A stretch of 39,061 bases of DNA from a virus (IMGVR_UViG_3300020045_009867:1-39061), one strand, 5' to 3'. Positions 5,492 through 13,159 are shown, counted from the first letter of the stretch. Made by a program: numbers and translations. Notes: a model not told the origin generated them from the sequence alone.

Positions 5492-7768
5492 CTAATAATC
5501 GTGTAGGGATGATTCCCCGATAACCTGCCCGGTGCCCTTAAAATCTAATTTAACATATTTTTTTCTAATCCAACAGAGAAACTGTGAAACCATGTCAACT
5601 TGGTCATCGTTTGCGCCGTTTGGGAAAGAAGAAAGTTCGCCCTCGAAGTCTACCAGCCATGGAGCTGTTTCAGGCAGGAAGACGCGGCCCGCTTCGATGG
5701 CAGGGCTTTCCGTCATCATGCGAGTCAGCTTGTCCCCACATGGTTCTATTGCGATCACAGGCATATTAATAGACTGTCTAAGATCCTGAATCAAACTTTG
5801 CCCTGATCCCTTGTCTTCGATCAACACAGCGGCCCCGCGATACTTTTCAAACGTGCTAGGAACTGTCCTCTTTAGCTCCGGGTATTCCATCCTGCGCCTG
5901 ATCACGTCCAGAAGATAATATCCGTGGTCGGTAATCCCCCACACCCCTCCGGCTGTCGGGTTGTTATGCTCCTTCGCTTTCGTTCCGGTGTCCCATGAAT
6001 GGACAATCATTTTTATGTTTGCCGGTCTAACATTGTATCGCTGGAACCATTTCAGGCTGACGATGTTCCCCGACTCAGGGGATGGCCTTTGCTGATAAAG
6101 GCTACCCCAAACGTATGAGCCGCATTCGGTTTTCGTTTCGAGCAATTCTGCGAGCGGTTTTCTTTCTTCGTGGAGGGCTTCACCGGCCTTGCGGAATTCC
6201 TCGTCATGTTCGGCGATAGCCGGGAAAGAAATAACGTCCCACGGCCTACCTCCGTCCTGCTTCGATTGCTTCAGGATTCGCCCGGCCAGGTCGTCATGGT
6301 GCCAGCGGGTATTATGGCTGACTAAACCATTAGCTATAAAATTTTCGGTCCTATCTATCTGAACATCAAAAACTTCCGCAATTCCTGCTGGTTCAATCTT
6401 TGCTATCGTCGTCACCGTGAAATCGGAGATATTTTGCAACTGCGTCTGCATTTTTGGCTGTTTTGGCATATCCAACGGCAAGATTGCAGTCGTTGCACAA
6501 TAAGGCTCGGACTGTATTTGTTTTGTGGCAATGGTCAACGCATAGTTTTCCTCCCCAATGCGCTCTAACATTTTCTCCTGGTGGCTGATTGCAAATAGCG
6601 CACTTACCATCTTGTGCCACAAACATAACATCATACTGGGCAGATGTGATGCCATAATGTCTTTTAAGCCTAGAATTGCGCCTAGATACGGCATTAACTG
6701 ACGGCGACCTATGGCCAGAGGCCCACTTTGTTTTTTGGTAATGCGATGAGCAATACCCCCTGGCGCTAACTGATTTCTGACATCCCTCGAAAGAACAGGT
6801 TTTCCCTTTCCATTTTCCCCATCGTCCTTTACAATTACGATTTTCTGGCCCATAGTCAGATTTTTCAATCTTATCCATTTCAGTTCTCCATGGTTTTCTG
6901 TTAAAAAAGGATGCCTTTCGTTTGCATGGACCATTTTACCACAAGTCGTCGTAATTTTGAACACAAAATCATGACCATTGCTTTTTTGATTAAGCACTGA
7001 CGCTATTAACAATCGGCCTTTATCGAACGTAGCCACATTATCGCCTTTTTTGATGTCTCGCAAAAGTCGTTCTGTTCCATCACTCATAAGGATAGGGGTA
7101 TCACCAGTCATACACATTGTAAGCAGGATTCCAGCGCCCTTTTCCGCGCGAGTTTTGAAGGTGGTCTGATACCATTCCCACGCGGCTTGTCGGTATGTCT
7201 CGGAATAAGCTTGCTGAGCGTCTTTAACCGGATCGTCGATGGAAAGCAGATTCCCGCCGATCCCAGTGATTCCTCCTCCGACACCGCATGAGCGATACAT
7301 CCCGCCATGCCCGACGATTTCAAAAATGTCGGAATTCCTAAGATAATTTACAGAAATGGTCCTGACGTTCTCGCCGGAAAGCGCGGTTCCTGGAAAGAGC
7401 ATCCGGTATTCCGGGGAATCAATAATCCTCTGAACATCACGGTTCATCAGGCTTGAGAGGTCGGAAGAATACGAGCATGAAATTATTTTCAGGTCAGGAT
7501 GGCGCCCGAAGGCATACGCGGGAAGCCGCCTGGAAACCTGTTCGCTCTTCCCATGGCGCGGGGGTGCCATGACCATGAGGCGCGGAGAGCGGCCATTGAC
7601 GCAATCATCAAGGAACTTGTCGAGCGTCGAGGCAAGCTTCCGGTGAAACCATCCGGCCTTGTATTCTGGAAAAGTGTATCTCGTGAAATCGAGAAGATTG
7701 GACCGAGCGGCCCGACGCCTTAAAAGCTCTTGCGCGGCCTCTTTGCGGCGGTCATTTTTCGCCGTCAT
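5492..7768 (-). CDS. terL: Terminase large subunit containing an intein (about 490 aa after splicing)
   Basis: Walker A APPRHGKS, Walker B SIDDPVK, restored LTM|TRWHHDDL motif, nuclease motifs SWDT, IEDKGSG and DDQVD. Confidence 0.95.
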   Translation of the reverse strand: MTAKNDRRKEAAQELLRRRAARSNLLDFTRYTFPEYKAGWFHRKLASTLDKFLDDCVNGRSPRLMVMAPPRHGKSEQVSRRLPAYAFGRHPDLKIISCSYSSDLSSLMNRDVQRIIDSPEYRMLFPGTALSGENVRTISVNYLRNSDIFEIVGHGGMYRSCGVGGGITGIGGNLLSIDDPVKDAQQAYSETYRQAAWEWYQTTFKTRAEKGAGILLTMCMTGDTPILMSDGTERLLRDIKKGDNVATFDKGRLLIASVLNQKSNGHDFVFKITTTCGKMVHANERHPFLTENHGELKWIRLKNLTMGQKIVIVKDDGENGKGKPVLSRDVRNQLAPGGIAHRITKKQSGPLAIGRRQLMPYLGAILGLKDIMASHLPSMMLCLWHKMVSALFAISHQEKMLERIGEENYALTIATKQIQSEPYCATTAILPLDMPKQPKMQTQLQNISDFTVTTIAKIEPAGIAEVFDVQIDRTENFIANGLVSHNTRWHHDDLAGRILKQSKQDGGRPWDVISFPAIAEHDEEFRKAGEALHEERKPLAELLETKTECGSYVWGSLYQQRPSPESGNIVSLKWFQRYNVRPANIKMIVHSWDTGTKAKEHNNPTAGGVWGITDHGYYLLDVIRRRMEYPELKRTVPSTFEKYRGAAVLIEDKGSGQSLIQDLRQSINMPVIAIEPCGDKLTRMMTESPAIEAGRVFLPETAPWLVDFEGELSSFPNGANDDQVDMVSQFLCWIRKKYVKLDFKGTGQVIGESSLHDY
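6311..7114 (-). mobile_element. Intein in TerL (268 aa, residues 219-486)
   Basis: Block A CMTGDTPILMSDG, block B NERHPFL, block F VFDVQID, block G LVSHN followed by Thr+1. Confidence 0.93.
6393..6878 (-). CDS. Putative homing endonuclease, EndoVII-type HNH, encoded in the -1 frame inside the TerL intein
   Basis: CSFEGC...ARGYCSSHY Zn-binding motif, then LKRHYGIT...QDGKCAIC...LCVDHCHKTNTVRALLCNDCNLAVG (Endonuclease_7 pattern); GGAG 7 nt upstream of the ATG. Confidence 0.88.
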   Translation of the reverse strand: MDKIEKSDYGPENRNCKGRWGKWKGKTCSFEGCQKSVSARGYCSSHYQKTKWASGHRSPSVNAVSRRNSRLKRHYGITSAQYDVMFVAQDGKCAICNQPPGENVRAHWGGKLCVDHCHKTNTVRALLCNDCNLAVGYAKTAKNADAVAKYLRFHGDDDSKD

Positions 7769-8288
7769 CGCTGATAATTTTATTCAGTTCGCTGTCTGGC
7801 AGGTCTTTGACTGGCTTGACCTCTTTGATTTCAATCTCTTTGCGATCGACGAACATAGCAAGGTGACGTCCTATCAATTCAAGAGCCTTCGGCTTGTCCC
7901 AGAACTTTATTTTTTTCAGTTCACCGATTTTCTTTTTCTCTTCCCCTCGCCCTTCAAAAAGCTCTACCACTTCGATGGAAGATATGGCCCTTGCCGTGGT
8001 TTCGTCAAGGTCGCTGATGTTTTTTAATTGGTTGTTTGTGAAGAGGTCTTGAGGATTGGAGAGCGCAAGATAGACAAGCTCCTTCAAGACTCGCCTGGAA
8101 TCAATTTCTGAAGCTTTTAACGCCGCTCTAATCCGCTCCTGGACCTTCGGGTTTGCCAATATCTGAGGGCCAAGCACGTTGGGGTCTTTGCCCTTGTATC
8201 CGGCCTTCCGATACGCCTCAGAAGCGTTGAATGTCTTCAGGTATTCGTCAACGAACCGAAGGGTCTTGTCTCTCAATCCATGCTTCAT
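7752..8288 (-). CDS. terS: Terminase small subunit
   Basis: FVDEYLKTFNASEAYRKAGY and KIKFWDKPKALELIGRHLAMF motifs; directly upstream of TerL. Confidence 0.92.
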   Translation of the reverse strand: MKHGLRDKTLRFVDEYLKTFNASEAYRKAGYKGKDPNVLGPQILANPKVQERIRAALKASEIDSRRVLKELVYLALSNPQDLFTNNQLKNISDLDETTARAISSIEVVELFEGRGEEKKKIGELKKIKFWDKPKALELIGRHLAMFVDRKEIEIKEVKPVKDLPDSELNKIISDDGEK

Positions 8289-8294
8289 ACCCTA

Positions 8295-8323
8295 ATTCTA
8301 CCCCGCCCTGCGCAATTTTTCAA
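8295..8323 (-). promoter_or_regulatory. Putative sigma70 promoter for terS (probably leaderless transcript)
   Basis: TTGAAA, 17 bp, TAGAAT; only 6 nt between the -10 and the ATG. Confidence 0.55.
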
Positions 8324-8358
8324 CCATGGGGGCTTTTTTATTGGCTGAAAAATAGTTG

Positions 8359-8387
8359 TTGACAATATAGGTATATTTTTATATACT
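8359..8387 (+). promoter_or_regulatory. Near-consensus sigma70 promoter
   Basis: TTGACA, 17 bp, TATACT in an AT-rich intergenic region; GGAGG RBS downstream. Confidence 0.8.
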
Positions 8388-8424
8388 TTAATTATAGGAA
8401 CAAAATAAAAAACGGAGGAAAAAT

Positions 8425-8601
8425 ATGCAAGTTAAAATTAAATCGGCTTACAGACTTGGTAGGCAGGCTTTCATTACAGGGAAAGATAGAGTCCCGGCTC
8501 TCGACCCAGAGCTAATAAAAATGCTTACAGAGCCAGACAATCTACCCATTATTCAAGCATGGCTAAGGGGATGGATTGAGGCCCCGATCGAAAGTATATG
8601 A
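8425..8601 (+). CDS. Small protein with an Rmf/CrpP-fold-like signature (58 aa)
   Basis: Read manually: MQVKIKSAYRLGRQAFITGKDRVPALDPELIKMLTEPDNLPIIQAWLRGWIEAPIESI; strong RBS; ATGA overlap with the next gene. Confidence 0.6.
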   Translation: MQVKIKSAYRLGRQAFITGKDRVPALDPELIKMLTEPDNLPIIQAWLRGWIEAPIESI

Positions 8602-8786
8602 GCGGCACCAAAGGCCGAGCCGGGCGGCCCCGCAAAGACCCGGCGCAGAGGCGGAAACATTTTTCTACGACGGTTCCCCCGGAAACTTGGCAGGGGATTG
8701 AGAAATACAAGCGGCCTGGGGAATCGGCTGGTGATGTTGTAGCGAGGGCCATAGAGGCCCTGAAAGAGAAAGAGGGAAAAATATGA
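8598..8786 (+). CDS. Ribbon-helix-helix DNA-binding protein with N-terminal GRPRK motif
   Basis: AGRPRK...FSTTVPPETWQGIEKY...SAGDVVARAIEAL. Confidence 0.65.
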   Translation: MSGTKGRAGRPRKDPAQRRKHFSTTVPPETWQGIEKYKRPGESAGDVVARAIEALKEKEGKI

Positions 8787-8926
8787 AAAAAGCATTTTGC
8801 TTGGTCGATAAAGGGACTGGCGTTGTTCTTGCTTTTTGGTCTTCCAAAGCCCCGGCTGAAAAAATGCTGGTCAGGATGACGGCGCGGTTCGGTGACTTTT
8901 ACGCTATCACGGAAAAGGCTTTATGA
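8783..8926 (+). CDS. Small hypothetical protein (47 aa)
   Basis: Read manually: MKKAFCLVDKGTGVVLAFW...; ATGA overlaps at both ends. Confidence 0.55.
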   Translation: MKKAFCLVDKGTGVVLAFWSSKAPAEKMLVRMTARFGDFYAITEKAL

Positions 8927-9456
8927 TTGCCGCTCTCTACGTAGATACCAAAAGAGGACCATATCCCAAAATACCGGGAGTGGTCTGTTTTGGCGTCGAC
9001 GAGGACGCGACAAAATACAATGGCCCTTGGCCGATAATTGCACACCCTCCCTGCGGCCATTGGGGTCGGTATCATCAAAAAGCCCATGACGATGGTCATG
9101 CCGGCCCTGTCGCCGTTGCTCAGGTTCGCAAGTTTGGCGGGGCCCTTGAACAACCAAAAGATTCCAAACTTTGGGCATTTTGTGGAATCCCAAAGCCCGG
9201 AGAACTCCCGGACAAATACGGCGGATACTCAATTTTGGTCGAACAGGGAGACTGGGGGCATCGAGCACAAAAACCGACGTGGCTGTATATTGTCGGGACG
9301 AACCAAATACCAGAAATGCCGTCAAGGAGACCACCCCCGCAAAACTACGGAAAAACTCGGGGAATCCTGGAAAAATTATCGAAAACTCAGCGACATTTGA
9401 CTCCGTTGGGTTTTGCTCTTTGGCTCGTGGAACTAGTAAAAACCGTAAAGTTGTAG
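8923..9456 (+). CDS. Minimal C5-cytosine DNA methyltransferase-like protein
   Basis: IIAHPPC (motif IV-like), LEQP (motif VI-like), QGDWGHRAQKPTWLY; no clear FxGxG. Confidence 0.6.
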   Translation: MIAALYVDTKRGPYPKIPGVVCFGVDEDATKYNGPWPIIAHPPCGHWGRYHQKAHDDGHAGPVAVAQVRKFGGALEQPKDSKLWAFCGIPKPGELPDKYGGYSILVEQGDWGHRAQKPTWLYIVGTNQIPEMPSRRPPPQNYGKTRGILEKLSKTQRHLTPLGFALWLVELVKTVKL

Positions 9457-9477
9457 CCCCCCTCCGGGGGCTTTTTT
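9455..9477 (+). terminator. Rho-independent terminator
   Basis: AGCCCCC-CTCC-GGGGGCT followed by a T run, at a convergent gene junction. Confidence 0.8.
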
Positions 9478-9662
9478 CATTTCACCCCGATTTTTTCCAG
9501 GCGTTTCAAGTGCCGCTCCCATGCGTCCTGGTAGTCGCGGGAGAGCTGATTACATGATTCCTGAACCTCTTTCGCGTGGAGCGGGTCTTCCTCCGGTTCG
9601 GGAGGCAGGATGGTGTCAGGAATGGGGCTCATCTGGTTTTGTTGCCGCTTTGTGCTCTCCAC
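9477..9662 (-). CDS. Small hypothetical protein
   Basis: ORF at the end of the replication operon; true start may be the internal Met. Confidence 0.4.
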   Translation of the reverse strand: MESTKRQQNQMSPIPDTILPPEPEEDPLHAKEVQESCNQLSRDYQDAWERHLKRLEKIGVK

Positions 9663-9801
9663 ACCAGTCGTCTATGCTCACTTCTGGCCAGCCCTTCGGA
9701 CCTTTTGACTTTTTCCTGCACTGTCCATAACATTTCGTCCAATCCGGACCATAAAAAAATTTGCAATTAAAACAAACTTCCTTTGGAGATTCCATCACCA
9801 T
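9616..9801 (-). CDS. Small Cys-rich phage protein
   Basis: CFNCKFF...GQCR...WPEV...DWCGEH pattern; directly after DnaB. Confidence 0.6.
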   Translation of the reverse strand: MVMESPKEVCFNCKFFYGPDWTKCYGQCRKKSKGPKGWPEVSIDDWCGEHKAATKPDEPHS

Positions 9802-11156
9802 TCCTCCCTTTCTACTGGCTGAGTTCGTTCCTGGTATTCCTGTCGGCTCTGGTCGAGATTCCCAAACCTTGCATACGCTCCGGTGAACTGAAGCTTGACG
9901 GTGAAAGTTGGCCCGTTTCTCTGCTTCAAAATAATAGCCTCAGCGATCCCTTTATCGCGGGAATCTTTTTTGTAATATTCGTCTCGATAAAGCCCTATGA
10001 CAACATCGGCATCCTGCTCAATAGCCCCCGATTCCCGAAGAGATGAAAGCGTCGGCCTCTTGTCCGGCCCCTCTTCGCATTTCCGGGAAAGCTGGCACAG
10101 TGCAACGATGGGAATATCAAGATTCCTGGAAAGTTGTTTCAGACCTCGGGAAATGCTGGCAACCTCACCCTCACGATTACCACGGTGGCCCTTCATGGTC
10201 ATAAGTTGGAGATAATCTATCCCGACAATTTTAACCCCATATTTTTTCACGGCCTTTCGAATAATTCCCCGGATAGACATTTCATCACAACCTGAAATTG
10301 CTGTATCGGCAAGGTAAATAGGCGCCGCTTCGATCTCTCCTGCGGCCCACATCAGCTTGGGATAGTCAGAATCAAATAGCTTTCCCGACCGGAACCGAAG
10401 AAGGTCGACCTCTCCCTTACAACAAGCCAGGCGGGAATAAATCTGATTGCCCGACATTTCAAGAGAAACAAGCAGACTCGGGACATTGGCTTTTCCAATC
10501 GACCACAAACTTTCCATCACCAGGGCGGTTTTCCCCATCCCCGGCCTTGCCGCAATTACGGTGAATTCCCCATTTACAAAGCCGCTGGTTGCAGAATCAA
10601 GGTCTTTGAATCCTGTCGTCAGCCCAACGATTCCAGAGCCGTTTCCAATCGCGTCAATTCTTTTTGAAAAATCTTCGTATCCTGCACCTATCTTGACGAT
10701 ATCCCTGGAATTGTGCAACGAAAGCTCAGAAAGCTCTTTTTCAATCTGACCGATTATTTCTTGGGTGTCTCCTTTTTCTGATTCTGCTTGGGCTGTCGCA
10801 AGTCTCAGGGCTGAAATAAGTTTTCTTTTGGTCGAAAACCCCTTCACCATTTGGGCGTATACCTCAGCGGTCGAGGCGGTGTTTGATTCTCCCGTGATGA
10901 TTTCCGCTATGAACCCGGCGCTGGTCGCTTCTGTTTTCTTCCCTGCCGCCTGGATTTCGTTCATCACCGTTATCGGGTCAACAGCTCCCCCCCGATCCGC
11001 TATCAAGATCATGGCCTCAAAAACGCTTCTGGTGTTGTCACAATAAAAATCTGTCGGGGAAATAATTCCAGTCACTGAAAAAACATCCCCACCGGAAAAT
11101 ATGGCGCTCAACACCTGCTTTTCGGCGCGAAACCATAGCGGCGTTTCATTTGCCAT
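9795..11156 (-). CDS. dnaB: Replicative DNA helicase DnaB
   Basis: AARPGMGKT, SLEM, IDYLQL, LCQLSR, LRESGAIEQDAD and KQRNGPT; no intein; start taken at MANETP. Confidence 0.96.
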   Translation of the reverse strand: MANETPLWFRAEKQVLSAIFSGGDVFSVTGIISPTDFYCDNTRSVFEAMILIADRGGAVDPITVMNEIQAAGKKTEATSAGFIAEIITGESNTASTAEVYAQMVKGFSTKRKLISALRLATAQAESEKGDTQEIIGQIEKELSELSLHNSRDIVKIGAGYEDFSKRIDAIGNGSGIVGLTTGFKDLDSATSGFVNGEFTVIAARPGMGKTALVMESLWSIGKANVPSLLVSLEMSGNQIYSRLACCKGEVDLLRFRSGKLFDSDYPKLMWAAGEIEAAPIYLADTAISGCDEMSIRGIIRKAVKKYGVKIVGIDYLQLMTMKGHRGNREGEVASISRGLKQLSRNLDIPIVALCQLSRKCEEGPDKRPTLSSLRESGAIEQDADVVIGLYRDEYYKKDSRDKGIAEAIILKQRNGPTFTVKLQFTGAYARFGNLDQSRQEYQERTQPVEREEW

Positions 11157-11949
11157 TTGCGGCCTCTTTCTTTGGCGGCTTGGCAAAGCTCAGGTAGCGG
11201 GAAAAGCTCTTTTCAGAAAAAACGTGTTCCGGCTCGTAATACATAGGCGGGGCCTCGCCAGGGTGTTTTTCCTGCCAAATAGACATTTCCTCCATCGCCT
11301 TGTTGATAACGGCTTTAATGGCATTCATCGGGTTTTTTGCACCTTGTTCCACAAGCATCCCCCAAGCACGAACGAGCGCCATTTTTGTGGCCTCAGTGAG
11401 AATAAATGGATTTTTATTTCCGTTGGAGGCGCTTGAAAATTCACGTCGAATTTCGTCATAAGGTATTAAAACCTCTGAAACAGTATCAACTGTTAAGACG
11501 GACGAGGCATCACTACCGGAAGATGAGCTTGAAAAGCCAGTCTCCTTATCCTTATCCTTATCCTTATCCTTATCCTTATCCTTATCCTTACGTCCTACTA
11601 CAGGGGCTATTAAGCCCCTTGGAAGGACCTTGCTAGCTCCTTCTTTTTCAAGGATTTTGATAACGGACAAATGTGCACGATTGTCTGGGTTCAATTCCCC
11701 ATACTGAAAATCAATAAATTTGGGAATAAACCACTTTTCATGGTTAAGCTCGAATATCCTCCCATCAAAAGACTCTTTTTTGTAGTCGAAGCTCCCAAGA
11801 TGAAACTTCGCAAGAGGCCAGTTTACCCGCCATATCCCTGCATGGTCGCAGTTATCAAGCAGGTAAATCCAGAAAAGTTTTTCCTGTGGCCCCAAAGAGC
11901 AAAACCAAGGGTCAATCCACTTCTCTGTGGCCGTGAATCTTTTAGCCAT
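11146..11949 (-). CDS. Replication initiator / replisome organiser
   Basis: MAKRFTATEKWIDPWF...KLFWIYLLDNCDHAGIW N-terminal domain, (KD)n linker, directly upstream of dnaB. Confidence 0.75.
   Translation of the reverse strand: MAKRFTATEKWIDPWFCSLGPQEKLFWIYLLDNCDHAGIWRVNWPLAKFHLGSFDYKKESFDGRIFELNHEKWFIPKFIDFQYGELNPDNRAHLSVIKILEKEGASKVLPRGLIAPVVGRKDKDKDKDKDKDKDKETGFSSSSSGSDASSVLTVDTVSEVLIPYDEIRREFSSASNGNKNPFILTEATKMALVRAWGMLVEQGAKNPMNAIKAVINKAMEEMSIWQEKHPGEAPPMYYEPEHVFSEKSFSRYLSFAKPPKKEAANGK
11543..11590. repeat. (TCCTTA)8 perfect tandem repeat encoding the KD linker
   Basis: Eight exact hexamer copies. Confidence 0.95.
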
Positions 11950-12124
11950 TGGAGATCCTCTTACAATATTCATAAGCCCCCAACCATATTGAGTCAATAT
12001 CAGAAAATTGGTTTTGAGAACTTATCCAGCAAATAATAAATTCTGCTATCATTTCGTCATCATTTTTGCAATTAAGCGTTTTTATGGCATCATAAATCTT
12101 TTCAAGCTGGCCGTCTTTGATCAT
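11942..12124 (-). CDS. Small hypothetical protein
   Basis: 60-aa ORF between the RHH gene and the initiator. Confidence 0.5.
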   Translation of the reverse strand: MIKDGQLEKIYDAIKTLNCKNDDEMIAEFIICWISSQNQFSDIDSIWLGAYEYCKRISNG

Positions 12125-12127
12125 TGG

Positions 12128-12274
12128 TTATTCCCCGGCCTTTTCAAGATATTTGCCTATCAATTCCTCCACGATTTCTCGCATAGTTTTTTTAATCTTG
12201 ACGGCCTGGACCTTGAGCCGGTCCCGAATTTCTGGGTCAATCGCAATCATCACAAGAGTTTTTTCCTGTTCCAT
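12128..12274 (-). CDS. Ribbon-helix-helix regulator (48 aa)
   Basis: Read manually: MEQEKTLVMIAIDPEIRDRLKVQAVKIKKTMREIVEELIGKYLEKAGE; AAGGAG RBS; first gene after a promoter. Confidence 0.7.
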   Translation of the reverse strand: MEQEKTLVMIAIDPEIRDRLKVQAVKIKKTMREIVEELIGKYLEKAGE

Positions 12275-12299
12275 ACTTGCTCCTTTATGAGTTTATAGA

Positions 12300-12328
12300 A
12301 TCATATATTTATTTTATGGACTTGTCAA
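12300..12328 (-). promoter_or_regulatory. Near-consensus sigma70 promoter of the replication operon
   Basis: TTGACA, 17 bp, TATGAT. Confidence 0.8.
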
Positions 12329-12339
12329 CCCACCCCAAC

Positions 12340-12365
12340 AAAAAAGGCGAGGCCGAAGCCCCGCC
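12340..12365 (-). terminator. Rho-independent terminator
   Basis: GGCGGGGC-TTCG-GCCTCGCC-TTTTTT on the minus strand. Confidence 0.85.
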
Positions 12366-12370
12366 AGATT

Positions 12371-12490
12371 TCATTTCTTGAGGCTACACGGGCGGCCCGG
12401 CGTGATGGGTCGTCCCTTGCAGTCTCGGTAGCCTTCCCCGGATTTCAAGCCGGGCCGTTTGAACTGGCACGAATGGCAACCTTTCACCAT
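12371..12490 (-). CDS. Tiny Cys-rich protein (39 aa)
   Basis: Read manually: MVKGCHSCQFKRPG...DCKG...PCSLKK; GGAGG RBS. Confidence 0.5.
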   Translation of the reverse strand: MVKGCHSCQFKRPGLKSGEGYRDCKGRPITPGRPCSLKK

Positions 12491-12491
12491 A

Positions 12492-12623
12492 TCACCCCTC
12501 CCTTTCCGCATCGCAATTCATACAGCGCAAACCGCCGAAAGTAAATTCCATCTCCATTCCGCAGTCGGGACAACGGGAATCCTCCGGCGTCAGGTTATCG
12601 GGTAGTTGGTCTTGTGGGTTCAT
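12492..12623 (-). CDS. Tiny zinc-ribbon protein (43 aa)
   Basis: Read manually: CPDCGMEM...RCMNC; ATGA overlap with VRR-NUC. Confidence 0.55.
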   Translation of the reverse strand: MNPQDQLPDNLTPEDSRCPDCGMEMEFTFGGLRCMNCDAEREG

Positions 12624-12961
12624 AAAAACGCCTCCAATTTTCTGCGGCAGTCCTCCCAGGACTCCGCGCCAATGACGACGGCCCCGGCCCTGCTTGCCGT
12701 CGTCGCGAATTCATACTGTTCCGGGCGAAATTGGGCCTTGGGAAGCTTGACCTCTATTCCCAGGAACCTTCCCGAGTTCGGCCCCGCCTTGAAGAACCCG
12801 CACAAGTCCGGCGTGCCACGAGCCGCGCCGATAATAATCCCACCTTTTTTTGCTACGGTTTGGCCGCACCACACCCGGAAAACGTGGATCTTGTCGGAGA
12901 GGGGTTTCAGCCCTTCCGTGATTTCTTTTTTGACTTCGGTTTCGGTCACTTTTTTGCCCAT
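12620..12961 (-). CDS. VRR-NUC-domain nuclease (putative resolvase)
   Basis: TETEVKKEI...GTPDLCG...FLGIEVK...RPEQYEF. Confidence 0.85.
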   Translation of the reverse strand: MGKKVTETEVKKEITEGLKPLSDKIHVFRVWCGQTVAKKGGIIIGAARGTPDLCGFFKAGPNSGRFLGIEVKLPKAQFRPEQYEFATTASRAGAVVIGAESWEDCRRKLEAFL

Positions 12962-13119
12962 CCGTTGTTTTCGGCCCACTCTTCGAGAACTTCCAACGAA
13001 AAAACATCTTCAGGGCTGGCACTGTCGCCAACAAGCCGAAGAACGTCATGGGCGAAATCGTCAGAGATTAAGTTTTGTCCAAATGTCTGAATTTTCTTAA
13101 TTAAAAATTTATCTGCCAT
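12946..13119 (-). CDS. Small hypothetical protein (57 aa)
   Basis: Read manually: MADKFLIKK...PEDVFSLEVLEEWAENNGWAKK; AAGGA RBS. Confidence 0.55.
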   Translation of the reverse strand: MADKFLIKKIQTFGQNLISDDFAHDVLRLVGDSASPEDVFSLEVLEEWAENNGWAKK

Positions 13120-13132
13120 ATTTTATCCTTTC

Positions 13133-13154
13133 AAGAAAGGGGCCTTTCGGCCCC
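13133..13154 (-). terminator. Putative terminator hairpin
   Basis: GGGGCC-GAAA-GGCCCC-TTTCTT after the SSB-like gene. Confidence 0.6.
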
Positions 13155-13159
13155 AGAGA

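Noticed and set aside
9795-11156. Possible intein in DnaB, a common intein host
   Set aside because: Normal length, contiguous helicase motifs, no C...HN splice blocks
11406-11636. Plus-strand ORF with (PY)n repeat
   Set aside because: It is the reverse reading of the (KD)n hexamer repeat in the initiator
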